NCBI GenBank assembly: GCA_008632985.1
Contig: QPGO01000037.1
Span: 434,001 to 498,000 of the forward strand
Direction: 5' to 3'
DNA length: 64,000 nucleotides
Source of the DNA: Psammoneis japonica
Taxonomy: Eukaryota
Shown here: positions 1 through 11,600 of the stretch, in pieces
Layout of the letters: each line of letters opens with the position of its first letter
How positions within the stretch are numbered: the stretch's first letter is position 1
Notes under the pieces: generated by a model
What the model was told of the DNA's origin: nothing
The model's input: the letters and a program-made list of their open reading frames with translations, nothing else
The model's database searches: none
Program-made: the position numbers and the translations under genes

Positions 1-3000
1 GATTTTCGAAGATCTTTCATCTCCTGGCGCTCTTTTCGTCTAACTTTGTCTGCCACTTTAAATGTGACCCGTTTCATATCCCCGCCTCCGTCCGCGCTTT
101 CTCCTTGCATTTCAAGCATAACGACAAGGTCTGCTTTCAGGCGATTGACCTCTTTTTCAGCAGCTTCTCGCGCAATCTTCTCGGCAGTGAATGCCTCACG
201 GTCGGCCTCGACTTGTGACCTCATCTCATCGATCTGGTCACGGAGAGCCAAAGTCGCCATCTCCGCCGCTTTCTCCGATACTTCATCGGTCACCATGGAC
301 TGCAACATTCCGTTCGCTTCCTTCAATTCTACCTCGAGTTCTCCTGCGAGATTCCTTAACGATATCTCCTGTTGCTCGAAGATCTTTCGTTCTTGCTCCC
401 ATCTGCGTTCTTGCTCGCCCAGCTGGAGTCGAATTGCTTCGAGAGCGTCTTCGGCGTCGGACTTCGCAAATAAGGCACTTTGGAGATCAGCGTTGAGTTG
501 GGAGCTATCCACCAAGTTCTCTTGGTTCAACCGAAGATTCCTTTCCAGCGTTTCAATGTGCTCCGCTTGAGAAGCGAGGCGAGATTCAGCTTCTGCTTTG
601 GCAGCTTTCTCCGACGTCAGTTCTGACTTCAACACCTTGATACGTTGATCGACAACGTTTTTGGCGTGCTCCCTTTCTTCTGAGATACTGCTGTGTAAAT
701 CCTCACACTGTTGACGCGCCTCGTCCAATTCAGCTTGGATCGATGAGACAGTTCGTCTTGAATCTTCGATATCCGACTGCAACTCCGCAATGCGAGAACT
801 CGCGGAGGCCTTTTCGGCTTCTATTCGTCGCGTTTGACTCGCCATGATTCACGTTCCTTTTCGAGGCTGTCTGCCGAAAGCGCAGCCATTGCTTGGCTAT
901 CTTCAAGTTCAGCCATGATTGATGTAAGAGCATCTGCAGTGTTTACTTCCATATCGTTCTCCAATCTCGCCGCTCTCTCTTCCAAGGAAGAACAGCGTGA
1001 TTCCCACTGCGAGATGGCCTCTGTTGCTTCCATCTCTTGCTGTCCAAGCTGCTCCTCGAGATCCTCGGAGCGCTCTTCCGTTCAAGTGTTTGTTTTAAGT
1101 TGTCGTGCAAGAAAAATGATGTGAGTGAACTACGCACAAATTTCAACAATACACCATTGCGCTTCACAGACTTACTCTTCCACTGATTGACCACGTCCTC
1201 AGATTGCCGTTGGATTTCAATTAGATCTGCGTTGATCGTTTCGAGCTCGTCCTCGGCTGAAGATCGAGCAACGCTCTGTTCCTTAAGCTGGCGTTGCAAC
1301 GACCCCTTCTCCTCCTCGGACGAGAGCAGCAGAGACTCTTTCGCGTCAAGCGCCGACTGCAATACTAGTAACTTACTCCGTTTCTCTTCGACTTCGTCTT
1401 TGATCTCGTTGAGTTCCTTTAAGACGTTGCCACCTTCTTCAGACATCGATTCCATCTCATTTTCCAGCTTCTCGCATCGCTCAGAGAGTTGATTACACCG
1501 TTCCTCCCATTGAGCAATAGCCACTATGCTCTCATTTTGCTGTTGTTCTAGCGACTTCGCTAGATCCGTAGCAGTGGTCTCAAGATCACTGGCTCGTTCT
1601 GGAATGTTGCAGAACACAGCGAAAAAATGTTACACAGCGCGAGCAGAAAATAACAATAGTGCTACTGTAGAATCCAATACTTACCTTGCCACTGGCGAAT
1701 AGCGTCCGATGCGTCCTCTTCTGCATCCTCTAACTCCTTGCGAAGCTCTAAAATAATACGCTGCGCGTCTTCGAGGTCATTATCTTTCTCTCGCATTCTC
1801 ATTTGAAGATCTTCCAATTCTTTTACCGGCATTGAAGCTTCCGATAATCGTGTCTCGAGCTGCTTACACTGTTCTTCGAAGCTTGAGCATCGAGTTTCCC
1901 ATTGTTCAATCGTATCTGCTGCCTCCTGCTGTTGATTTTCCAGTTCAGCTTCAAGTTCCGTGACCGTTGAGTCGAGTTCTTCCCGGTGTCTGTTCGACGT
2001 TGCAAGCTCCTGCTCCAAGACGGAATGACGCTCCTCCCATTTTGAAACGACATCCGTTGCCTCTCGTTCCTGACTCTCAAGCGCGATTTCGAGCTCGTTT
2101 GCAGTTTCTTCTAATTCTCGGCATCGCTCTACCGTTTTGTTTTGAGCAAAAAAAGTGAGTGACAACTCAACACATGCCAGGCTGTATCGTGACACTGGGA
2201 TACCTCACCTTTCCATTTAGCGATCGAATCGTCGTACTGTTCCTGGTCTTCCTGCTGTTCCTTTTGCAACTGACTTATTTCTTGCTTGGCTTCAGTAAGG
2301 GCCTTTTCAATAGATTGGCTCTTTTCCGCGTTCTTTTCATATTTTGCCACCTGATTCTCCAGTACTTTCAAGTCTTGCTGCAAAGACATACATCTTCCAT
2401 TCCAATTTCCGTTCTCGGTCTCTAGATGCTCAACTTGCGACTTCAGATTGCTCTTTTCCTTCAGCAGTTCATCTTTTTGGCTTTGAAGACTCGTTATTTC
2501 AGCAGTGCTGGCATCGAGCTTGGAGCGTAAGGACAAAACTTCTTCTGAGTCATCTGCTTGAGCTTGGAGCTCGGCGATACGCTTCTGTGCCGTGTCTGCC
2601 CACGCTTTAAACTCATCCAGGTTCGCCTGAAGCTCCCCTTCGTTGCGAACATGACCTTCGATTTTCTCAACAAGCGAGGCGTTCTCCATCTTCAACGAAC
2701 TTACTTTCGTTTTAGCTCTTCAAACATGGATTTCTCTCTTTCAAAAGCTTCCCTCAGTTTCAATTCGGCCTGTCGCAGGTCTTGGCTTTGTTTCTCGAGT
2801 CTTTCATTTTTCTGCTCGAGCTCAGCTACTTTAGATTTAAACGCCTCTACTTCCGAAGTTATGCCCCCAGTCGACTTTCAAGTTCATCCGCTTTCGACTG
2901 CGCAGTATTTGTCGATACAAGCTCTGTCCTGATCGCTTCAATCTGTTCATCTCGTTCGCGAAGATCGTTCTTCAAAGACTGTATTTCCTGCTGAACCACT

Positions 3001-6000
3001 TGATCCTTTGCTGAGGCGGATACTTCTCGATTTCGGATTTCGGTCTCCATTTCTTCTTTCTGCCGACGAACAGCCTGGAGTTCCTGGCTCATGATCTGCA
3101 CTTCCTTCTCTCGTTCCGCGCGAAGTCTCTCTAGCTCACTAATCTTCTTTAGAGCAGCCTCTTTGTCAGCCTCGCTTTCAGAAAGCTGGCGAAGTCGTTC
3201 CTCGTTGGCATTTTGTACCTCTCGAAGTCTCGAAGACTCTGATTTCGCGTTCTGCAACTGTTCACGCAGTTGCAGAGCCTCTTCGGTAGACATGACTGGG
3301 TCGGCAGTACGAGAGAGAGTACTTAGCTGCGCCTCTTGAGCTTCTCTCTCCTTCAGTGCTGATTCGAGGTTCTGTTCTGCCATCGAAAGGGCGCCACGAA
3401 GCCGTTCTACTTCCATGTTCAGGGCAGTCTTGTCTTGCTTAAGCGCTGATACCTGCCCTGATAATCCGGAGTGGTGTTCAACTGCCTTTGCCATCCATTC
3501 CTGAGCCGCTTCGTTTGAAGCTTTCAGTTCAGAGATTTCTTCCGAATCTTTCTGAGCTTGGGCGAGCTTACTCTCTAAGTCAAGTATAGTGCTGTCTCGA
3601 CGACGAATTTCTTCGCTTTCCCGTTTCACCGCATCCGTGAGCTGCTGGTGCGCAACTCGAGCTTCATCTTCGAGACGAGAGACAGTATCTCTCAATGGTT
3701 GCAGTTCTTGGCTGTTTTTCGCCTCCGTCACGATCCTTTGTTGCAAGGACTCGACCTCTCTCTGGAGCATTGCAACTCTTCGTTTTTGAGGCGGCGAGGG
3801 CGTCCCTCTCTAGGCGAAGTTGTGAAAGGGCAGCGACATTCGCGTCACTAACGCTGGATTTGTTGTCGCGTAGGGACTTATTCTCCATCCGGGTACTGTC
3901 TAAGCCCCCTTGCAAGGCATCGACGGTTCGTTCTAGCTCTTCGCGCTCAGTCTTGGATTTTGCCAGAGAGTCCATCGCCGAAGCAACGTCTTTTTGGCAA
4001 CTCGCCAATTCCGCCTCTAGCTGCTGAGTGCGAGCGAGATCATGGCGCGTCTCATGGCCAGTGACTCCGGCCAACTGCTGTTTCAAGGCCTCATTTTCTT
4101 GATGCATGGATGCATTCTGGCCACCAATTTCTTCCATTCGCTGCATGGCCATTTTCATCCAGTTATCCGCAGCGACAGCTTCAGAGCGAAGACGTGCATT
4201 TTCATCGCGTAGCGTGGCAACATCCGATTCAACACGAGAAGATGTCTGCTGTTGCGACACTTCTCCCTCGGGCTGGTGCCCGGGTGCAGGAGGCATGGAA
4301 GACTCGGACCTTTCGCCTGTTGGAGCTGCCGTTGCCGTTGAAGGGGCGCCAACGCGGCTGTTATACTCGGCTTCCAGAGTGTTGTACGCACCACTCAACG
4401 CTACCATCTCTTCTCGAAGAGAATCGCGTTCTTCCCTGGCTTCCCTTTCCCGATTTTTCCATTCCGTCAACTCGCGATGAACGGCCTCCAGCTGTTCATC
4501 CTTCGCCTTGATCCGCGACTGCTCTTGCTCCTCCTTTTGGCGAGATCGTCCTTGAGAGTATTCACAGTCGCGTTTAATTCTTCGTTCTTGGAGGTAAATT
4601 CAGTTAGCATTTCGTCTAACTGTGTTGGATTGCTTGCAACTCTTCGCCTCCAAGTATTGAGTTGCTCTTCTTGAGACTTTATCGTGGCTTGTGCAGCTGC
4701 TAGAGACTCCTGCAATCCCATCAACTCAGCAGACTGCTGGACATGAGTCGGCGCAGCGACTTCACTCCTCCTTCAACAAAGACATCACCTTCTCCTTCCT
4801 CGTCATCATCATCTTCCGTAGACTTTCCACCCGAAGTGAGTTCATGGACAACTCGCTTTCGACCGTGTGGACTTGCGCCTTGTACCATGTCTGAAAGATC
4901 TCTTCTTCAAGCTTACAGGCCGACCACGGGAGAGATGACTTATCTTCTCGCTTTAGCGACTCGAGTGCGGCGGTGTATCCACTATACCTTTCTTTCGATT
5001 TGAAATCATGGAAAGAATTCCCTGCTTGGTCCATCCGCCATACTCGTCCTCGGATCCTTCCGTGGCAATACCATCCATGGCCAAGCCCAACAAGAGACCG
5101 GCAAGAGTGGAGACCTTGGCCTTGTCGGCACTAGTTTTCTGAAACAAGACACCCAAAGATGTAATGTAGGTGGAAAGCAAGACCGCCTTGACAACCGCAG
5201 GAGTGTCTTGCATCCATTCGCAAACAAAACGAAGCAAAGCCAGAGCAATAATGTCATCTTGATTTTCCAGCGACTGGAAAATAGCATCCAACAGATTCAG
5301 TGGCGCCGTGATGCGAAGAAGCATTTCACGTGTCGTGTCTCCGGCGACAGTAAAGAACAGACCGAGCGCGCCAAGGCTGCCCAAGAGATTGATTCGTCTT
5401 CGTTCCAGCATGGCATTGCCTTCTTCGGGAGGCGCCTCGAGGTTCTCCGCCACGGTATTCAAAAGTTTCTGAACAACTGTAGGAGGTTCGTCTTCACTTG
5501 GTGGAGTCATTGTGTGACCCACCAAGAGACAGGCCTTTTCCGCAGTCAGGGTGTTGCGAAGGACGTGAAGAGCCGATTGAGAGACGGCGAGCTTTTCGTC
5601 CCACGTGGTGGCGGTAGCTCCGCCGCCGGTGCAAACCAGATAAAGCAGTCGATCCAGGCCGTTGTGGCGTGCCATCGTTTCCTCGTCATGAAAGCGTGTA
5701 GCCACAACCTGGAGTGCACGTTGTTGCAAAGCCGCAGAAGGCATGGCACATGCTGGGTCGGCGGCAGGTGGCGGTGGGGAGACAAGTGCAAACTCCCATA
5801 CCAACGAAGACAATGCCGGATGCTGTTTCCAAATAGTGCGTTGATGGTCTGAAGTCGAAAGCAGCAAGTCTAAAACATCAAAGACATGCTCCAAGACTTT
5901 TTCCTCCTTGTCGGTGAGTCGTGGAGTAGGAGGTTTCGAAGACGCAGCTGAATCACCACCCTTGAGGATATCATCCAGATCATCCTTCACTTGCACAACC

Positions 6001-6806
6001 GGCTTGGGAGGATTCCGGAATTCCGTACCACCTCGCAGATCCAACAGAGCGCTCAACTTTTGAGGAAACGTTGCAGCGCTGCTGCTCAAGACCAAATCGA
6101 CCGAGGACGCCGGATCGTGCTTGAGGAGCAACCGACACAGCTCCAAACAATCTTGTACTACAACATTGCCTCCCGTCAAACCACCTTCAGACAAAGCTAA
6201 TCCCAGTGCCACATCACACACTTCACAGAACACCCAAACTTTGGCACAGCTCGGCCACGTGGCAATCGTCAATCCCACCAGCAAGGCTTCGTTGCGAACT
6301 TGCTCGTCTGAATCCGACAGCAGATCCGCAAGTCTGTGCAAGCCATTGGGGGTTTCCAACAATTGCTGCTGCGCCAAGGTTGGAGACGACTTTGAAATTT
6401 GTTCCAACACTTGCAACGCCAAGACGCGGGCATAGGAATTTCCAGAAGACGACGAGGAAGAATGATCGGTGGGAGTCACGACATCTAGCAGCGTCTGTAC
6501 AAGTTTACCTGGAGGAGACGGTTGGTTCAATAGTACTTGACGTGCGTCACGCGACGCTGACGCAAACAGCTTGAGATAGACACGACATGCTAGCGCCGGA
6601 CCCTCTTCGACATCAAAGCCGTTTAATTTTCCTTCCAATACGTGCAAGAGCGCTGTAAGGAGTCGGTCATCGTCCTCGTGTTGTCGCGTGATTTGATCTG
6701 AAAGCTGCTCCGATTCTAACAGCGCTTTGAGCGAGTCGACTGCGTCAGCAGCGCTGCTGGCTGATACGAAACGATCTATAAGAATATCGGCGGATGCTTC
6801 TGCCAT
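1..6806 (-). CDS. USO1: Uso1/p115-like vesicle tethering protein (armadillo head + very long coiled coil); 3' end runs off the window
   Basis: ORF 4953-6806 has the p115-head-like motif 'QQQLLETPNGLHRLADLLSDSDEQVRNEALL'. Downstream minus-strand ORFs (4762-5034, 4467-4724, 3664-4470, 2859-3770, 2129-2695, 1662-2195, 943-1617, 821-1033) are continuous E/Q/K/L heptad coiled coil. They are joined by GT-AG introns at 2129-2208, 1599-1684 and 1075-1175 plus several 1-nt frameshifts. Confidence 0.8.
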
Positions 6807-7130
6807 GTTTATTGTGTTTTAGTTTTGTATCAACGCGACGACGATGGCCTTTTTAGCACCGGCACACCGTCATTTGCAGATGCCAGAGGCGACTGCAAAA
6901 TTTTGAGTCTTTGGACAAGCTTTGGATAATGCCAGTACTGAATAACGTAGAATTCTACGGTACGTCACAGTGTGCCTCGATGGTGGCAAGATCGCGGGGC
7001 GAAGGACAAACCATCACTCTCAAGCAACAGCTCGATCGCGCGTGCGCGCTCGGCCGGCTTGGTCTCGCCGTCATCTCGTCTGACATCATCTTGAGACAGA
7101 AGATGCATGATGGGATGATGGGCGACCACA

Positions 7131-8119
7131 ATGAGAGGCGCTTGTCTGAAGGCGTTGGTAGACCTTGAGAACATTCGAGAGGAAGGCAGAGTGAGAATGA
7201 AGACAAACAGCATTCCACCGCCAGCTGACAACAACGTCCTTCTTGCTGTGGCAAGGGTGCGAAACGTCTTCACAACCAGAAGAAAGTGCGCGTGCAATCA
7301 AAGTCGACTGAACAAAGGTGGGTGGGTGACCATTTCCATCGGCGTTGCTCAAGAGGAAGTCAAATGGAGAAATGTTGTGTGGGTGCAACAAGATCAGGCC
7401 CATGCCATTCTTCAGTTGGGGGTGACGACATTTTGTGCTGATTCGCACACTTGCACACCTGGGAGCTGGGGAGGAGCTTGTTGATCCCACAGAGCCCCCA
7501 GCAGACGTCCAAGATCTTTCCTCATGGAAGCCAGTTGCTCCTGAAACTCTCAACACCCAGCTCTCCTTGCGCGATGCAGCTCAGCTGCATGCTTGCCTGT
7601 CTCAGGTTTGCAAGCGCTTCAAGAACCTTTGCGACAAAAATTTGGCTGGGACTCCAGGTCCTGGATGCCAACCTGCACGTTTTTTCTTGGTGCAAATGCT
7701 TTCCTTGGCTGACTCGCCATTGCTTGTTGCTGTGGAGCATCAACTTCCATCATGGGGTTCTCCATGACAACATGATCTTGGCCCACGTTCTTGAACAATG
7801 TGGTGTGTCAAAGCCAGCAACCTTTGCAACTTTGCCCAAATCCAGCCCTGGAGACTTTGACTGCAACTTTTCCTTCACTTCAAGCTGGCGCCACGCTTCC
7901 TTGTTCTGTCAGAATCCCTGTGTTCCAGGATCTGGCATGATGGCATCAGATCCAACAATGTTTGACTTGCTTTCTGTTGAAGATCAAAGACCCCCAGCTT
8001 TGCTTTTACAAATGGCACAGCAGTGGTGTGGGTTTGCTGGTCATGTTCTCAACAACTGCAACATTGAATCAAGAGGACAACTGCATGACATTGTTTGTGG
8101 AATGTGCCCTGAAGGTTGA
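7131..8119 (+). pseudogene. Decayed protein-coding remnant of unknown family, followed by the piggyBac-like MITE
   Basis: Frameshifted, protein-like segments such as 'LIRTLAHLGAGEELVDPTEPPADVQDLSSWKPVAPETLNTQLSLRDAAQLHACLSQVCKRFKNLCDKNL'. His/Cys occur where Tyr would be plausible (TAY->CAY/TGY). Confidence 0.4.
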
Positions 8120-8178
8120 CACCCCTGTTGTGGGGGGAGACACAGGCAGTTGCTGGTGCAGAAAAGAGACAATCTTAA

Positions 8179-8657
8179 CCCTTTAACCACCGGACTTGAG
8201 CAAATCTCCGTGGGTGGAGATTTGCTTGCTAACATCACAAACACAAAAAAAAAAAAAACATTCTCAGATGTGCACAACAAAGAATTTGCACAATTTTGTT
8301 TTGGAACGTGCACTCTCACCGAAAGCTCCATGGGGCCATTCTTGCAATTTAGAAAGTTCAATGTTGACTTTTAACACCGGGTTTTTGCATGCTTCATCTG
8401 TGGACAGAGAGGAGCTAAATCATGATGAGTTGCCATCACAACAGAGCACTGAATGCAACACCCTTGGAGCACATCTCCAAAGGTGGAGATTTGCTTGCAA
8501 TGAGTGAATGCATGTGGTGTGTTTTACATGGATTGCACATGATGTGACATTTTCATGCTGCGCACATTGTGCCAACATGCGAAAGCATGACACGTCACAA
8601 TTCCTCAAGTGGGGCAAATCTCCACCCATGGAGATTTGCTCTGTGGTGGTTGAAGGG
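8179..8657. mobile_element. piggyBac-like non-autonomous element (MITE, 479 bp), decayed
   Basis: TTAA (8175-8178) is followed by left TIR CCCTTTAACCACC. The right TIR GGTGGTTGAAGGG (8645-8657) matches 12/13. A 28-bp subterminal inverted repeat (8198-8225 vs 8614-8641) matches 27/28, with a third partial copy near 8467-8498. The right flank reads TCAC rather than TTAA. Confidence 0.75.
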
Positions 8658-11600
8658 TCACATGTTTGCCTGGTTTGGCAGGAGGTCAACGGAAGAAAGC
8701 CTCTTTGGCTCAGCGGCATTGTCTGCTCCTTCCCACTGATTTGGTTGCTCTTTACGACAACTGGAAGTTCACTCACATGTGTGAGCTTCAAGTGGAATCT
8801 GAAAGCTTGCAGCACATTGACGTGGGTCATTCCAAGTTTGTGTGGCTAACTCACTGTCAGTGTCCAAGGCTTTGACAACTTGTCTGTGTCGGCGGCCATT
8901 GTGGAAATGGGGTGCGACCATCACTTGAGAATGGTGATCTGGACACAGACGCATTTGGAGAATTCTGAGCTGGAAGCACTCATTTTAATGGAGATTTGGT
9001 CATGTGATTTAGGAGTGATTCATCCCTCCATTTTCCAGGGTTGTTTGTCCCTGATTCCTGTTTTGCACTTTCATGCTGAAGAAGAACTGGCTTTGTCAAG
9101 AGCAGCGCAACAGTGCTCTGACCAAATCACTGCATTTTGGATGAGTTGAAACAGAACAGTGCCCTCATGCAACACATGATTAGATGCAGTCAAACAGCTG
9201 AAAATGATGAAAATTGTTCATTCTGGGGAAATTTTGGTCAGTCTGGGGTGTTTCACATGGAACAGCAACAGAGCTGCAAACAAGAAAGGATTTGACTCAA
9301 TGAAAAAACAAAAACCCACGTGCATCATTTGGTGGTTGCTTCTGGAGTCTGCTCTCTCCTGAGACTCATGTGAAAATCCCAAGCCCCAGTCATTTTTTTC
9401 ATGCCCTGCTCCTCACAACATGGGCTGGTCTGTTGACTTTGCCGCCACCCACCTGAGCATGCAAAAAGGGCAGGTCATCAAATGTCTAACATGCAAAAAA
9501 GACTGGTCAACAAATGTTTTGACAATTGCGTCCTTGCTTCTTGAAATGGAAGCAGGATGTGCCACATTGAGAGGCACATCACAGCCCTTGCTGCTGCCCA
9601 TGCTGGTGGTGTGACATGGCACGCCAATTGAGGCCAGTGCCCCCAGATGATTTGTGGGGCAGAAATCGAGCACAAGACACTCCACAGCAGCACCAACAAG
9701 AATGGTGGTTGAATTGGGGGGGGGGGCTCATGCTGGGCTTCGGTGACTTGGATCACTTGGAGGAACCATCGCTGAGTTGGTTGAAACAAAGAGGATGAAG
9801 ATGAGTTGAAAACAACAAAAGGGAGAAATGAGAGAAGTGCCATGAGACAGGCCACCCTGAGGACAAAGGAGGAAGAGGGAGGTGAGTTCAGCCCTCAAGC
9901 AAAAGCAGAAAGAAGTTGGCTTTCCATGTCAGGATCTAGCAGCCAGAAGACAACAACTGCAGCCTGCAAACAGCTGCAAGCACAGCCATGACAAGCTCTT
10001 TCCATCTGCCATTGGCATTTCTAAGAAAAAGAAGCTGGCAATGCTGTTGCACTGGTGCTGAAACAAGGTGGCAGAAAGGAGTGGAGGACCCAGATTGTCT
10101 GGGTCAGGGACAGCACTGAGGTTGACTTGAGGTGTGCCCTTCACACTGCAGGACATGGTGCCAACCAGCAAGCAAGTGGCTGCATTTGTCACCAAAGCAC
10201 AGCTTGAAGATTTTGCTGTTGCCTCAACAGTGCCCTTGGATGCCAGCAAGGCTAAAGAGGAGACACTGTGGCAACAGCAAGTGGGCAGTGGCTTTGGGCA
10301 CATGGCAGCAGCAAATCTGGGCATGTGAACCTTGCTGCTGTCCATTGCTTGAAACATGCCCAAGACACCACACCAACTGCCTTTGACAGGAAGCATGTTG
10401 GCCATCCCATGGCATCTTCCAGGAGCACCAGCTGATGCAAAATGGGCTGTTTCATCAACTCATGTGTTGAAATGACACCATCACTGACCTGCCACATCTA
10501 AATCAGTTCACACATTTGTTTCTGTGTTGCACAGATTTGCTTCCTCAGCAACCTTGCATGTTGAGTTTCTGTGGGGCATCAAAGCCCTTCGAATGCAACC
10601 AATTCATTTTAGAAGAAATGTGCCACAGCTGTTCAATTCCTTTGTTGCTGCACATGTGTCATTTTCACTTCACATTGTTGATTGGCTCCACTTCCACTGT
10701 CACAACATCAATGGGTGGAAAGCACTCTTTGTGTGATCCAAAAATTTCACTGTCAAAGTTTGTCAAGTTGCAGATTCCCAATGAACAGTTGCTTGCACAA
10801 CTGGAAGTTTTTGTTGACACTCACAAGGACAACCATTTGTGTTGCAATGCAATTGGACCAATGAGAATGGGAAATGAAGAACAGCCACTTGTTTGGGCAC
10901 ACTGTGGCAGGTCTTTTCAGTGTGCCAAAACATGTGCAACAAACAAAAGCAAAATTGTTTTGGTTTCACATGTTTGTTCCCAAGTTGGGTGACAGCCGCG
11001 CTGCGCTGTGCCATTGGTGGAGATGGAGATGTGCCAGTGACACCTGCAGCATGGGCAACAAGTGCAGCAATGGCCAGCTGAAACTCAGCACAGTCAATGA
11101 TGCAATGGGCACCATGACATCACAACTCAGCATTGCTGAAGTTGTTTGGGCTTGAGCAGCTCATCTTGCAAAATGATGTCTTGCAGCATCAAAGAAAAAT
11201 TCCTGGCAGACTGGAAGTTCTGGGCATGCATCAAAGTGCTCATCTTTGTCACCTTTGGCAACCAACTTGTGGACCTTGAAAGGTGGCATGGTCTTGTCAT
11301 TTGCAGCTCCCTCTGAATCTAACACCTTGCACTTGTTCAATTGCTTGATCTTCAAATGATGACACTGTGGCAAGGTGCAGGGTGTCAAATTGACACAGCC
11401 ATGCATTGAGCACACTTGGGCCACCTCATGGGTTTGGGAACAAAGACATCCCAGGGGAGTTCAGGGGTGAATCTGGAGAGCTTGTTCAAGGTGGACAGAG
11501 AGCCATCACAGTGTGCACCAATTGCACAGGCAATGGCACCCCAATGACACAGACAGCTGAGTGGGGCAGCTTGCACTTGAGATGGCAGCAGCAATGCAGT

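Noticed and set aside
46..6574. Plus-strand Ser/Leu-rich ORFs opposite Uso1, and similar antisense ORFs opposite other genes
   Set aside because: These are antisense shadows of Glu/Lys/Gln-rich coding sequence.
6966..6972. CACAGTG (RSS/Transib-like heptamer) at the left edge of block 1, with CACTGTA at 18022-18028
   Set aside because: The match does not extend beyond 6-7 bp, there is no 5-bp TSD, and CA/TG-rich words are expected in this composition.
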